DNA of 64,000 bases from Flaccisagitta enflata (Eukaryota): contig OZ231126.1 in the NCBI GenBank assembly GCA_965153355.1, positions 7,316,001 through 7,380,000 on the forward strand, given 5' to 3'. Positions 1 to 55,465 of the stretch are shown one piece after another (position 1 is the first letter of the stretch; each line of letters starts with the position of its first letter). Below the pieces are notes generated by a model. That model worked only from the letters and a program-made list of their open reading frames with translations. It did no database searches and was not told the DNA's origin. A program made the position numbers and the translations under genes.

Positions 1-6
1 GATGCT

Positions 7-3000
7 GTGGACAGGAGTGGGGGTGTTGTGGGAGCAAACGAGACTGCTTGTGGCCGCTATATGGCTGGTGTGATTGAGGGGACTGGTCTTTGTGACGCTC
101 TTAGGATTGACGGGCGGACGGATGCGGTTTTCTCTTACGAACAAGGGACACACAAGAGCAGGATTGACAGGGTGTACATAGACGGAGTGACGGCCGGAAG
201 GGTGAAAGGGTGCCGCTACTTTTGGGCAAATGGGGTTAGTAGCGGACACAAGGTTTGCGAGGTTGAGATTGAGGACCAGGTAAGGCAGGGCGAGGGCTAC
301 TGGAAGTTCAATGTAAGTCTGTTGAAAGACAGTTCTTACACTGGACTTCTAAGGGGACAGATAAGGGAGGTCAGGCAAGGGAAGGGGGGTTTTGCTAATG
401 ATGGTGAGTGGTGGGATTGGGCGAAGGAGGTGTGGCGTTTGGTGACCTTGGAGTACAGTAGAGAGAAGGCAAGAGCGAGGAGGGAGTATGTTTGGAGGTT
501 GAAAGAGGAAAGAGAGAGGTTGGAATGGGATGTGGCGTATGGTTGGGCGAGTGAAGTAGAGAAGGGTGAGTTGGAAAGAGTGGAGCGGTTGTTGAAGGAG
601 GAGGAGGAGAGAAGGGCGGAGGGGCACAGGGTAAGGGCAAGGCTGCCCAATTTTGCAGAGAGGGAACCAGGAGTGGCGTATATCAGTAAGATGGAGAAAA
701 GCAGGTCAGGCAGGAACTTGATATACGCCTTGAGGGACAGGCAGGGTGTTGTGCAATACGGGTCGGAAGGGGTACTGGACGTGGCGCACGGGTTCTATAC
801 GGACTTGTTTACAAGCGATGGGACGGACGGTAACGTGCAGGATCAACTACTTCACAGACTGACGAGGACTTTGTCGCCAGAGTCCCACGAGATGTGTGAA
901 AGGCGGATGAATGTGGAGGAGCTGGGGGAGGCACTTAAGACACTCCAGAACGGTAAGGCGCCGGGGGAGGACGGCTTCCCTGCCGAATTCTGGAAGTTCT
1001 TTTGGGCCGACCTTTCCAGTGACTTCTTGGGTGTAGTCGAGTGCGCGTATGAGAGTGGACGCTTGCCTGAGAGTATGCGTGGTGGTGTGATTCGGTTGTT
1101 GTATAAAAAGGGTGACAAATTAGAGGTTGGGAACTACCGACCCGTCACCTTGGTTAATGCCGACTACAAGATCATCAGTAGGGTGATCGCACGGAGAATG
1201 TCGAAGGTCCTGCCAGAGCTTATACATGAGGATCAGACGTGTGTTCCAGGTCGCCGTATCTCTACTAATCTACATGTCCTTCGGGATGTTGTAGATTATT
1301 GCGACGGCACTGAAACACCGGCTGCCGTGCTCTGTCTGGATCAGGAGAAGTGCTTCGACCGAGTAGACCACGGCTTTATGCTTAAGGTAATGGGTGGGAT
1401 GGGGTACGGGCCGGGTTTTTTGAGGTGGATAAGGGTGTTCTATAATGGGGTGCACTCCAGGGTATTGATAAATGGGTTTTTCAGTGATAAGATCAGGCTA
1501 GATAGGGGCACCCGTCAGGGTGACCCTCCGTCCAGTCACATTTATGTGATGGTGGCGGAAGTACTGGCCAGTCAGATAAGGGGGAATCCCCGGATTAAAG
1601 GGGTAAGGGTTTCCGGGGTAGAGAAGAAAATCGGCCAGTACGCCGACGACACTCAGGCGTTTTTAACGTCTGATGAGTCGATGCGGCAGTTCATGAGCGA
1701 GGTTCGCCTCTACGAGGCAGCCTCGGGGGGGAGGTTAAATGTAGTTAAAACGGAGGGGCTTTTTTTAGGACCCTGGAGGGCTAGGACAGACAGGCCGTTT
1801 GGTTTTGCTTGGAAAAGCGACAGAGTGCGGGTGCTGGGGACGTGGATCGGGGATGCCCAATGCGCCACTGATAACTTCACAGCGCAGTTTGCCTCCATCC
1901 GTGCAAAGCTCCAGGGGTGGAAATCGCGCCCACTATCGGAGCTTGGCAAGGTCATGGTGGCAAATGTGCTGCTATATTCGCGCTTGTGGTATAGGACTGA
2001 GATATGGTCCCCACCGAGCAATATGCCAGGTGGGGACTGTGGGACTGTGGAGAAAGTGATTGGAGAGTGGGTGTTTAGAGGAAGACAGGAGGTGTGCCGT
2101 GACCGTTTAAGAGCTGCGTACGAGTATGGTGGTGCGCAGCTGGTTGATGTCAAGGATAAGGTCAAGGCACAGAGGGTCGCGTGGCTATGTCGCCTTTTGT
2201 CAATGCCCCGGGACTCTTTCCCAAGGGTATTGGCGGCGAAAATTATTGGCGACCAGAGGTGGGGATGGAGAGGCCTGGAGGTGTTGGCCGCAGAGAGCGA
2301 GGTGGTAGAAGGGGTCGGCAGTGCCTTCTATAAAGAGGCACTAATGGCCTGGCGAGAGTTAGGGCCAAAAGTGGTAACGGAGCCGGGGATGCGTGCAAGT
2401 AGTCGGCTTTATTATAACCCCCAGATTGTGGGGGAAGATGGGCGCCCATTGCGCCCTGTTCGGTGGCTTTTGGAGAGGGGTGTGTCCGATGTTCGTTCCT
2501 TGTGGTCTTTGCCGGTGGTGCGTCTGGGTGGCCGTGGCAGGTGGGCTGAATTGCTCCGCCTGCGTGATATTGCTCCCGAGAAACCTTTGGGTGATCCACG
2601 TTTCCTCTTCGAAGTTTCCGAAGAGGAGAGGGACCACACAAAGGTTTCTTTTAGAGAGCTCTACGTGTCCTTCCGTAGAAGGGCACGCAGTGGCTCTCGA
2701 CATTATGAGGGGAAGTGGGAGCGGGCCCTTGGGGCCTCTTTGGATGGCCTTTGGCCTGGTATATGGCGGCGTCTCCATTCGACGCCCTGCTCTTTGCGTG
2801 TCCGTTCTGACGTCTGGAAACAGATCGGGTTGAATTTTTGGACTGCGCACATGGCGACATGGGTTGGGGATGGTAATGGGGAGTGTAGGATGTGTGGTGA
2901 AGTGGCGCGGGAGAGGTGGCATGTGGTGACAGAGTGCAGAGTGGTGCGGGAGTTGTGGGATCGTCTCGGCCCAACATTGGACCGCATCAGCAAGGGGGCG

Positions 3001-3342
3001 GTGGTGAAAGGAGAGATGGCGTTTGGCCCTTTGGGAGAGACGGCGGCGGATTCATTGCGGCGACGTTTGGGCTTTGGTCTGCGTTCGGCGGTTCACACCA
3101 TGAGGGGGGTCGAGCACGGAGGAGTCGGCCGCGCCGTGGAGAAGGTGTGGGAGATGTTTGTGGGGAGGCTGCGGAAAGAATTGCAGGAAGAATTTCTGCT
3201 TCGACGCTTCGAGGGAAGATTGGGGGTGTTTGCTGCTACGGTGTTGGTAGGAGGAGAGTTGGGTAGGCTGGAGGCCGGTGGTGTAGTCTGGGGTGGGATT
3301 TTGGAAGGGGTGGGGTACAGGGGGTGGGATCTGTTTATGTGA
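7..3342 (+). CDS. Non-LTR retrotransposon ORF2 (Tx1/L1 clade): end of APE endonuclease, reverse transcriptase, C-terminal CCHC zinc knuckle; 5' part lies outside the window
   Basis: Uninterrupted 1111-codon ORF with SRIDRVY, GYWKFNVSLL, KAPGEDG, YRPVTLVNADYKII, LDQEKCFDRV, GTRQGDP, YADD and CRMC-x8-H-x4-C motifs. Confidence 0.95.
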   Translation: MDRSGGVVGANETACGRYMAGVIEGTGLCDALRIDGRTDAVFSYEQGTHKSRIDRVYIDGVTAGRVKGCRYFWANGVSSGHKVCEVEIEDQVRQGEGYWKFNVSLLKDSSYTGLLRGQIREVRQGKGGFANDGEWWDWAKEVWRLVTLEYSREKARARREYVWRLKEERERLEWDVAYGWASEVEKGELERVERLLKEEEERRAEGHRVRARLPNFAEREPGVAYISKMEKSRSGRNLIYALRDRQGVVQYGSEGVLDVAHGFYTDLFTSDGTDGNVQDQLLHRLTRTLSPESHEMCERRMNVEELGEALKTLQNGKAPGEDGFPAEFWKFFWADLSSDFLGVVECAYESGRLPESMRGGVIRLLYKKGDKLEVGNYRPVTLVNADYKIISRVIARRMSKVLPELIHEDQTCVPGRRISTNLHVLRDVVDYCDGTETPAAVLCLDQEKCFDRVDHGFMLKVMGGMGYGPGFLRWIRVFYNGVHSRVLINGFFSDKIRLDRGTRQGDPPSSHIYVMVAEVLASQIRGNPRIKGVRVSGVEKKIGQYADDTQAFLTSDESMRQFMSEVRLYEAASGGRLNVVKTEGLFLGPWRARTDRPFGFAWKSDRVRVLGTWIGDAQCATDNFTAQFASIRAKLQGWKSRPLSELGKVMVANVLLYSRLWYRTEIWSPPSNMPGGDCGTVEKVIGEWVFRGRQEVCRDRLRAAYEYGGAQLVDVKDKVKAQRVAWLCRLLSMPRDSFPRVLAAKIIGDQRWGWRGLEVLAAESEVVEGVGSAFYKEALMAWRELGPKVVTEPGMRASSRLYYNPQIVGEDGRPLRPVRWLLERGVSDVRSLWSLPVVRLGGRGRWAELLRLRDIAPEKPLGDPRFLFEVSEEERDHTKVSFRELYVSFRRRARSGSRHYEGKWERALGASLDGLWPGIWRRLHSTPCSLRVRSDVWKQIGLNFWTAHMATWVGDGNGECRMCGEVARERWHVVTECRVVRELWDRLGPTLDRISKGAVVKGEMAFGPLGETAADSLRRRLGFGLRSAVHTMRGVEHGGVGRAVEKVWEMFVGRLRKELQEEFLLRRFEGRLGVFAATVLVGGELGRLEAGGVVWGGILEGVGYRGWDLFM

Positions 3343-3595
3343 CTCGGCTGCTGTTTAGGTTGCTTGGTCGCCTTTTCTCTCCCCAGGTATTTCTTCCCTT
3401 TGCCAGAATTGGCCCCGGCCTAATATTTTCTATTCTAGTCATGTACACTTCCTTTTTCCTTCCATTGGTCGTGTGCACATTATTTATTTATTTATTGCTT
3501 TGTATTCCCCACTGTTGAATAGCAACTGGGTACTCTAGTCGTGCTCTGGCTGCTACTCATCTCCCTCCTCTCCGTCTTCCTCCCTCTTTCCACTT

Positions 3596-3751
3596 GCTCA
3601 CTCACTCACTCACTCACTCACTCACTCACTCACTCACTCACTCACTCACTCACTCACTCACTCACCACTCACTCACTCACTCACCCACTCACTCACTCAC
3701 TCACACACACACACACACACACACACTCACTCACTCACTCACTCACTCTCT

Positions 3752-3812
<61 letters not shown>
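3596..3812. repeat. Compound (CTCA)n/(CA)n/(TC)n microsatellite
   Basis: Direct reading. Confidence 0.95.
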
Positions 3813-3813
<1 letters not shown>

Positions 3814-5521
3814 TCTTCTCCCTCCGTCTGATTTGCTCCAGGCTCGTCTCGGTACATATGTCTGAATGTCTGTCCCTCTACGGAGGCACTCTTTAGAGGC
3901 CGGAGGCGAAACTTAACACCACAGAAGGCTCACCTCGCCTAGTTCCGTGATCTGTATAGACGGCGTTTGTTGTTTTGTTACATGAACGGAATAGTTAGCG
4001 GCGGGAAACTGAAGAGGGCGTGTTGGGGGTGGTTTCGCGTATCTTTTCGACAAATGGCACGATATGAGACTTTTGCGCATGTAGGAGGTGAGTCGCGTCA
4101 AGTAGTAATGGGGAGAGAACAAATAGCAACTAGTACGGACTGTGTTTATTATTTCGTAGGGCCTGATCTGAGGGAACAGGAAACAGAAAACAAAAAAACA
4201 AGAAACAAAAAACAAAAAAAGAACAGACAGAAAAACCGTCTCTTAAGCAAAAAACAAAACAAGAAAAGAGACAAAAGATAAAAAGATCCCAGGAGGACAA
4301 AAAGAAAAAACAAAACAAAACAAAAAAAACAACAAAGCAGAACAAATAAGAAAAGTAAGAAACAAAAAACAAAACAAAACAGAAAAAAGACAAAACAACG
4401 GCAAAAAAAGAGGCCGATTCCTTGTTCCTGGTCAGGCAGTACACATATCCTTTCAAATTTTTGGCCACTTTTATCTTATACTTCCTGCTGAGCCCTGTAC
4501 ACGCGTTTCCCCTTTCTTTTTCCGCGAACTAGTCTATCCCTGGATTGATATCGATTCATTTCCACACATTCATTCTAGTCCACTATGCATTCAATCTAGT
4601 CTATCCTCTACCCACATAAACTCGTTATTTATTCTTCAATTGATCTCAAGCCTTTAAAGTGTTAAATCTGGACTTTTCAAAAAGAACAAAAAAGAAACCG
4701 TTTCTTAGTTAGTCTGATTACTTACAAACAACCTCAGTTTAATCACCTTCTGTCTAGTCTCCTCTCGCGAACTATCTCAAACTACTTATTTACTTCCTAT
4801 CTAGTCTGGTCTCGGCTACTGTTTTATTTTACACCTAGTCTACTCTCACAAAAGATCTCCAATTATTTATTCAATCCTAATCTAGTCAAACTATCTATTC
4901 GGTCTTCATCTAGTATTTGTCACAAATCTAGTCTGACGGATCAAACCTTTCATTTTCCATCTAGTCAAATCGATCTTTCATTTTCCATCTAGTCTGCCCG
5001 CACAAAAGATCTCGAACTATTTATTCGCTCTTCATCTAGTCTCCTCGATCCCGCAGAAAACCGTCTTTTGATCTAATCTCCGGTGATCTCATTTTTGATC
5101 TAGTCTCCGTATGATCTCATTCTTGCCTAGTACTCAAACGATCGCGCATCTAACGTAATCTCGGAGTCTCATCTCATTTTTAATCTAGTACCCGGATCTC
5201 ATTTCAAAATGGCAGACATTCTTAAAACGACCCTCAATTTTGTTCTCATAACACGTTTTATCCCGCCTTTCATCTTACAAACGACCGCGCAATCTGAAGT
5301 AGATTTGAATAGTTCAAACAAACGAAGAGTTACACAATCTAGGGTGGATTCAAACTAATTGTAATAACAACTAGCCCCGTTCAAAATAGTATGTAGCCCC
5401 GTTCAAATTAGCATGTAGCCCGATGCAAGACTGTAAGAAACGCAAAAGAAAGTTTCAGGTTCTACTTAAATTAATCCATTTGTGCAAATAAGTAACTTGT
5501 CCTATTCTTCATCTTTTTCAG

Positions 5522-5557
<36 letters not shown>

Positions 5558-5744
5558 CTGCTTAGGTCTTCCTGACTTTGATATTCAATCTTCAAATAAA
5601 ATCATCTAACAGATACTTGTTCTGATTTGATTCTTCAGACTCATGTTAGTAGTCTCTAACGTCTCATGTAGTTTACCCGGATATTTTACAAATATAGTTC
5701 CGTACCTCTAGCCGAAACTGTTGACCAAACCGAAAAAAAGTCCA

Positions 5745-5817
5745 ACACCTCTCTGGAATTGAATCTGTGTCACTGAAGAGAGCAAATTTGCTCAACTACC
5801 AACTGAGCTATTGCGCC
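5745..5817 (-). mobile_element. Degenerate tRNA-derived segment (SINE head or tRNA pseudogene)
   Basis: Minus strand reads GGCGCAATAGCTCAGTTGGTAG...GATTCAATTCC, with Pol III A-box and B-box-like motifs; no convincing cloverleaf. Confidence 0.45.
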
Positions 5818-6942
5818 TCGTGCAATAGTGAGATTTTAATTGTCAGTTTGGTTTCAAATCACTGGGTGTGGAATTTTATATTCACTCAATGCCTTGGGCC
5901 TTCAGCTTTCAGAAAAAGCTTTCAGTTCCTCATTCAAATAGTAGATTTATAGGAGGCCCTCTTTGTGCTGCCGTTATTGCTCCCATCGTGCTGTATATCA
6001 TGAAAAAATGGCATAGATTTAGAAATTGCATCTCTATGCATCAGGCGTGCTTTTTATGGAGTAGCGGGTAGCGCCGCTACTCAGAATGATATGGGCGCTT
6101 CTTGGAAGATTGAAAAAGAAGAAGGGGAAGAAGAAGAAGAAGGAGAATAAGAAGAAGAAGGAGAAGGAGAAGAAGAAAAAAAGAAAGTGAGGAAGAAGAT
6201 AGAGAAAAGGGAACAATCAGGAACAGGGTTCATAGATAGATCCCCCGCCATCTAAAAATGCCCCCAGAGGGTAATCCGGAAGGTTAGTGTTTGCTGATTT
6301 TAGATCTTTCTAGTACCATCAACTTATGGTTCAGTTTGATCTTTTAAATCTGACAAAAATTGAGACTGAGCGCAATCTTCATCAACGTTCTTTAATGTGA
6401 TGCAATCAAGACAATCTTAGAGATCAAGGATTTTTAATTCAGTACTTTAGAAATGCAACACACAACAGAGTTGGGTGTTGATGAAACTGAGATGTCATTA
6501 CATTGTTTTAAATACTGAAAGAAGTCTTGCAACTGCAATATGCAAATTAGCTCCTCATATCGCTTTTGAGATATGGAGACACCAAGGTTATCTTGTCAAT
6601 CAGGGGAGGGCGAATAAATTGTTTGGGCTGACTTTTGTCAGTGCGTGGTTTGAAACAACTGGTTAGCATTTTTTAAGAACTGTATGTGGAACAATTTCAG
6701 TTATCGCCTCATTTTCTATTTCAAATATTGACCTCAGCTTGGTTTAGATCCGCGTTGAATATCCTGTAGCAAAAATGATTGAAGTGATAGACAACTCATA
6801 TTTCACTTCTCACGGCAACTAGCCTTTTTGACAAGAATGCGATAGACGAGTCGGAATATTCAAATGGAAAAAATGTGCTACTTGGAGGGAAAGAAGAAAA
6901 AGCACACCTGCTATGCATAGAGTTAACATTCTGCGTAGTAAT

Positions 6943-7756
6943 CTATGCCGGATCAACCAATAGGCTAAAAAAGCTATAGCTTAGGGCCCCGCACCTCAGG
7001 GGGGCCCCGCGCCTGCAGCACCCACCCCTGAAAAAAAAGGGAGAAAAGAAAAAGGGGGAAAGAAAAAAATAGAAAGGAAAAGAAAAAGAAAGAAAGAAAA
7101 AAAGAAAGAAAAAAAAAGAAAAAGGAAGAAAGAAAGGAAAAAGGAAAAAAAAGAAAGAAAGAAAGAGAAAGAAAGATCAAAAAAGTTGAGAATGTCAGTA
7201 TTATGCATTTTTGGGGCAGAACAAATTCAAATCCACTTTCCAAATCATTGAAATAGCGCTTCGCATCTACCTTTCCATGATGGTAACCAATTGCAGTGGT
7301 AAACGATCTTTCTCAAAACTAAAATGCATAAAAAATGAACAACGCACATCTATCAGCTGAGATCGTTTGAACAATCTTATTCTATTGTCTATCGAGAATG
7401 AACTTTTACAAAAAATTAATGTTGATGACATAATCAAAATTTGCAGCAAAAAAAAATCAGGAATGTTTGCTTTTAATTTTTCTACGGTGATATGCTGTAA
7501 TGGAAATGTCATATTTTGTTGTTACATTTATCTTAAGTCCTTTAACTATGTCACTTTTAGGCAGACAGGAAATTACGCATGCTAGTTAAAATTTTTATCA
7601 ACTGGCTTGAGTTATTTGGTAAATGGGGGGCGGGGAAAGAGGGGGGTTAGTAGAGGGGGGGCTAAGAGGGGGGTTAACAGGGGGCAAAGAGGGGGGTTAG
7701 GGGGCCCCGCGCCCCTAGCCTAGCTTAGGGCCCCGCGCCTTGTTGATCCGGCTTAG
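6943..7756 (+). mobile_element. Internally deleted hAT DNA transposon with a remnant of the C-terminal dimerisation domain
   Basis: TIRs CTATGCCGGATCAAC / GTTGATCCGGCTTAG; 8-bp TSD GTAGTAAT at 6935-6942 and 7757-7764; about 7250-7460 translates IALRIYLSMMVTNCSGKRSFSKLK..IS*DRLNNLILLSIENELL. Confidence 0.9.
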
Positions 7757-7795
7757 GTAGTAATATCATCATGTCTCATGAGTCATGAGTAGTAC

Positions 7796-50968
<43,173 letters not shown>

Positions 50969-51495
50969 CTGTAATAGGGGAAAGAGAGAGAGAAGGGAGG
51001 GGGGGGTTTGAGGTTAGGTATCATCATTGTAATGGTCCGAGTGAACCAACCCGTGTCAGCCTCTGAAGTGAATCTGTTTATGGGGGAAAGAGAGGGAGAA
51101 GGGAGGGGGGGGGGGTTTGAGGTTAGGTATCATCATTGTAATGGTCCGAGTGAACCAACCCGTGTCAGCCTCTGAAGTGAATCTGTAAATGGGGGTAAGA
51201 GAGGGAGGAAGCGGGATCATGGTAATTATTAGGTAATATCATAAATATATCATCATTGTTGTGGTTTGAGTGTTCTAATCCGTGTCAGCCTCTGAAGTAG
51301 GGGACGGGGAGGGGGAATGAGGAGGGGAATTCAAGGAATGGAAGGGAATATTATATATATATATTTTTATTATTGTTTATTATTATCATTAACATTATTA
51401 TTACATATTATAAGGTATCATCATTTTTATGCTTTATGGTCCCACTAAATCAAACCCGCGTCTGACAGAAATAAGGGGGGGGAAACAACAACAAT

Positions 51496-51528
<33 letters not shown>

Positions 51529-52044
51529 AACAACAGCAACAGCAACAGCAACAGCAACAACAACAACAACAACAACAACAATAACAACAACAACAACAAC
51601 AACGCACGAACCGTTGCCAACTATAACAGCCACAACGGAGACCCCAACGACAAAGTGGGGGCAGGAGGGGGGGGGGATTAAGGAGGCGACTTAGTTGCTT
51701 TACAGGAAAAGAAAAGAAATCCCCCCCTCCCCCACTCCCGGCGGGCCAAAGCGAGCTCAAGGCCCGAATCTTTTTCCCCATTAAAAAAAAAGAAAAAAAA
51801 AGAAAGAAAATATACTTTTGTCTCATGAATTCCCCAATGAACATGAAATTCCTCCAAATTTTTTTTTTCCTTTTTGTTCATTTGTTTAACTCAAATCTTT
51901 TTTTTTTTTCTTTACACGAAAATTTTCTTGGTTTGTTTTTGGTGTGGCTTAAACAAATACCATCATCACAACCATTATCACTTAATCGTCATCGTCACCG
52001 CCCTCGTTTGGGATAAACCAAACTGGTCGATGATTTTATTTCAA

Positions 52045-52213
<169 letters not shown>

Positions 52214-52233
52214 AGTCATCGTCATCGTCATCG

Positions 52234-52302
<69 letters not shown>

Positions 52303-52471
52303 ACATCATCCATCATCATCATCATCATCGTAAATAACAAACATCTTAAACTTTTCAAATAGATACACCCGCTCTGAAAGAAGAGAGGATTCAGATTTTC
52401 CCACTTAGGGTTGCACTTGTACACAAAAGCTAAACCAAACCCCCTGATTAATTGAAAACAGCGCTTATATG

Positions 52472-52507
<36 letters not shown>

Positions 52508-54754
52508 AGGAAGACCAAAAAGAAGAAAAATCCATGTTTGAGAAATAGGGAGTAGAGGCCACAGGAGTACGGATTTTCGATAGAGGGGTGCAAGGGTCGA
52601 GTGTTACAGACGAGCTGACGGACGGACAGACTGGCCGACAGACATATACTTGAACTCCGCTCTAACAGACCCGCCAGCAACGGAATTTCGCCTAAAACTG
52701 ATGCTAATATATGGTCTCTTCGACTAGTTTTCTTTAATCTTTTAAAGACTTACCATATTGGCAAAAACAGAATTGCGCCTATAACAGATAAAACATCTTG
52801 GTCGCATGAAATACATCAGAGCGGGATTAAACTGTAGCTGGTTTATGCATCGCGCGCACGTGACCATAAAACAAAGAAAAAGTTGGCGTCAACAGAAGCA
52901 GCCTCCAATAGAAATCTGACTGACAACAACAATAACAATTTAGACATCACTCTCAAGAGAAAAGAAAATCGAGTTATTCGCGGTCGAAAGGCGGAGAAGA
53001 AGAAGAATATAAAGGGGAACCACTAGAAGAGGAATTAGGGCAAAAACCGGAGGTTCTAGACGGGGTTGGAGGCTGTTTGTGTGTAGGATGGGGGGTGAGG
53101 GTGAGGGGGAGGAGTTGGAGGCGGTTTGTGTGTGGGATGGGGTGGGTGGGGGGGGGGGGGAGTTGGAGGCGGTTTGTTTGTAGGGTGGGGGGTGGTGTGA
53201 TGGGAGAGAGGTGGTTGCTATTTGTTCGTAGGGTGGGGGTGGGGGTGAGGGGGAGGAGTTTGAGGCGGTTTGTGTGTGGGATGGGGGGTGGGGGAGAGGG
53301 GCAGGGGTTGGAGGCTGTTTTTGCGTAGGTTGGGGGGGTGAGGGTGAGGGGAAGGAGTTGGTTGCTGTTTGTGTGAGCTGGAGGGGGGTGGGTGGGCAGG
53401 GGGACAGGAGTGTCGATCGGGGTGGAGAATCTCGGAAATGTATCTTAGGAGGTAAAGGAAAATTCCGCTCAAACGAATTTCGGGGGAGTAACAAATTTTA
53501 TCCACTATAAGCGGAATTCTGTTAAAGCAAACACAAGAAAACAAGTGGAAGGACCAATTAATTTGCATTCATTCTTGGCGGATCCGCAAGAGCAGGGTTT
53601 GATAGTGTGTTGGTTGCACATTATCACAACCGAATATTTATCTTGTGCTAGTAGCTCTCAAAAAAGATTTCAGTCCATTAGAAGGTGGAAGAAATCAGGA
53701 GGCTAAGAAGATTAGGTGGAGCTAAATCTAGATAAAGGAACTTTCCTCAAACATTGAATAAATAATGGATTGAGTGAATCAGAGGTATTCATGGGTTGAT
53801 TCAGGGTCAACATATTTGAGATATGAAATGGATAAGAAAAAGAAGGATTTGGTATAATTTCTTGTTTGAGTTCATGGACGGCCCTACGGGAGTTCGCGAA
53901 CTGGGGAGAGATGTAACCCTAGCACAATTCAAGATTGGTGTTGTTGAGAACAATCATAATGTTTGTCTTGTGTTTTTGTTGTTGTGATCGTTGTTGTTGT
54001 TGTGGATCCGAATTACCCATTCGATTTACCGACATGTCATGCTGAGTTGTAAAGTAGATGATGAGGAAGAAATAGCAAATGATAGGCAGCTTTTGAGATG
54101 TAAAAGCGACTAATCGGCATCATCATGCTGGGGAAATACAGTGGAGATTACTTCAAGTCTCGTGGTGTACTAGTATCTACAGTATCCTGTAAAGCCGCGG
54201 AGCAAGGACAGTACACATGTTGCAAACCGCCAGGGCTACCGGGCTGGTACATTGAAATTTTTATTTATTAATATATGATGAATGATATAAATTTGTTTTA
54301 TCCCAGGCAAAAGCTCAACACTTTCTCATAAACACTATAAATAAGCACTATGAATGAGTGTATGAATGGACACAAGATATAAGATATAAAAGTAAAGGAC
54401 ACCACTGTACAAAAACTAATAATGAAAAAAAAAAGATTATGAAATTCGAATGATTTTTACACTCAAGAAATCAAAATGAAAAGCAGATTTTTCTGCCAGA
54501 GACCAAACTGTGATGAAGATTTTCAAAGAGGCTGGAATTCAAGAGAGTCAAAGCAAAGGCGGGTATCCAACCATAAAAAACTACAATATGAAGCTGTGAA
54601 AACAAGTGCCCCAGGACTTCTTCACTCCTTGCCTTATTTTGACTTGGAAAAAAAAAAAGATTTAAAAGAACAAGGCCAACACCTATAAGTCGCGTGCAGG
54701 ACAAAAATAACTGAACTGACCTGACTCATTTTTGTATCTTTTTATCGAAAATCA

Positions 54755-55465
54755 GACTTAAACCAGACCCAAACCAGACTCAAACCAGACTCAAACCAGA
54801 CTCAAACAAGAATTAAACCAGACTAAACCATACATAAACCAGACTTAAACCAGACTTAAACCAGACTTAAACCAGACCCAAACCAGACTTAAATCAGAAT
54901 TAAACCAGACATAAACCATACTTAAGTCAGACTTAAACCAGCAGACTTAAACCAGCAGACTTAAACCAGCAGACTTAAACCAGCAGACTTAAACCAGCAG
55001 ACTTGAACCAGCTGAACTAAACCAGCAAACCTAAACCAGCAGACTTAAACCAGCAGACTTAAACCAGCAGACTTGAACCAGCAGACTTAGACCAGCAGAC
55101 TTAAACCAGCAGACTTAAACCAGCAGACTTAAACCAGCAGACTTAAACCAGCAGATTTAAACCAGCAGAATTAAACTAGCAGACTTAAATCAGCAGATTT
55201 AAACCAGCAGACTTAAACCAGCAGACTTAACCTGCAGACCTAAACCAACAGACCTAAATCAGCCATCTCAAACCAGCTGACCTAAACCAGCTGACCTAAA
55301 CCAGCCGACCTAAACCAGCCAACTTAAACCAGCAGACTTAAACCAGCAGACTTGAACCCATGGACTTAAACCAGCAGACTTAAACTAGCAGACTTAAACC
55401 AGCAGACCTAAACCAGCAGACTTAAACCAGCAGACTTAAACCAGCAGACTTAAACAAGCAGACTT
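54755..55465. repeat. 11-bp then 14-bp minisatellite (GACTTAAACCA[GCA])n
   Basis: Direct reading; lies within a composite HINE-like block spanning 54668-56685. Confidence 0.9.

Larger units (their letters stand above)
1..5555 (+). mobile_element. Tx1-like LINE, possibly with a long 3' UTR ending in the poly(A) at about 5522-5554
   Basis: ORF2 stops at 3342 with no adjacent poly(A); the next long A-run is at 5522-5554; the TCTAGT motif is shared between 3430-3540 and 4500-5200. The 3' boundary is inferred. Confidence 0.5.

Noticed and set aside
5745-5817. Functional tRNA gene
   Set aside because: The acceptor and anticodon stems do not pair convincingly
6733-6763. Next dynein exon after 7796
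   Set aside because: It has cag/gt flanks but contains TGA in the required phase and lacks the expected IQPKD
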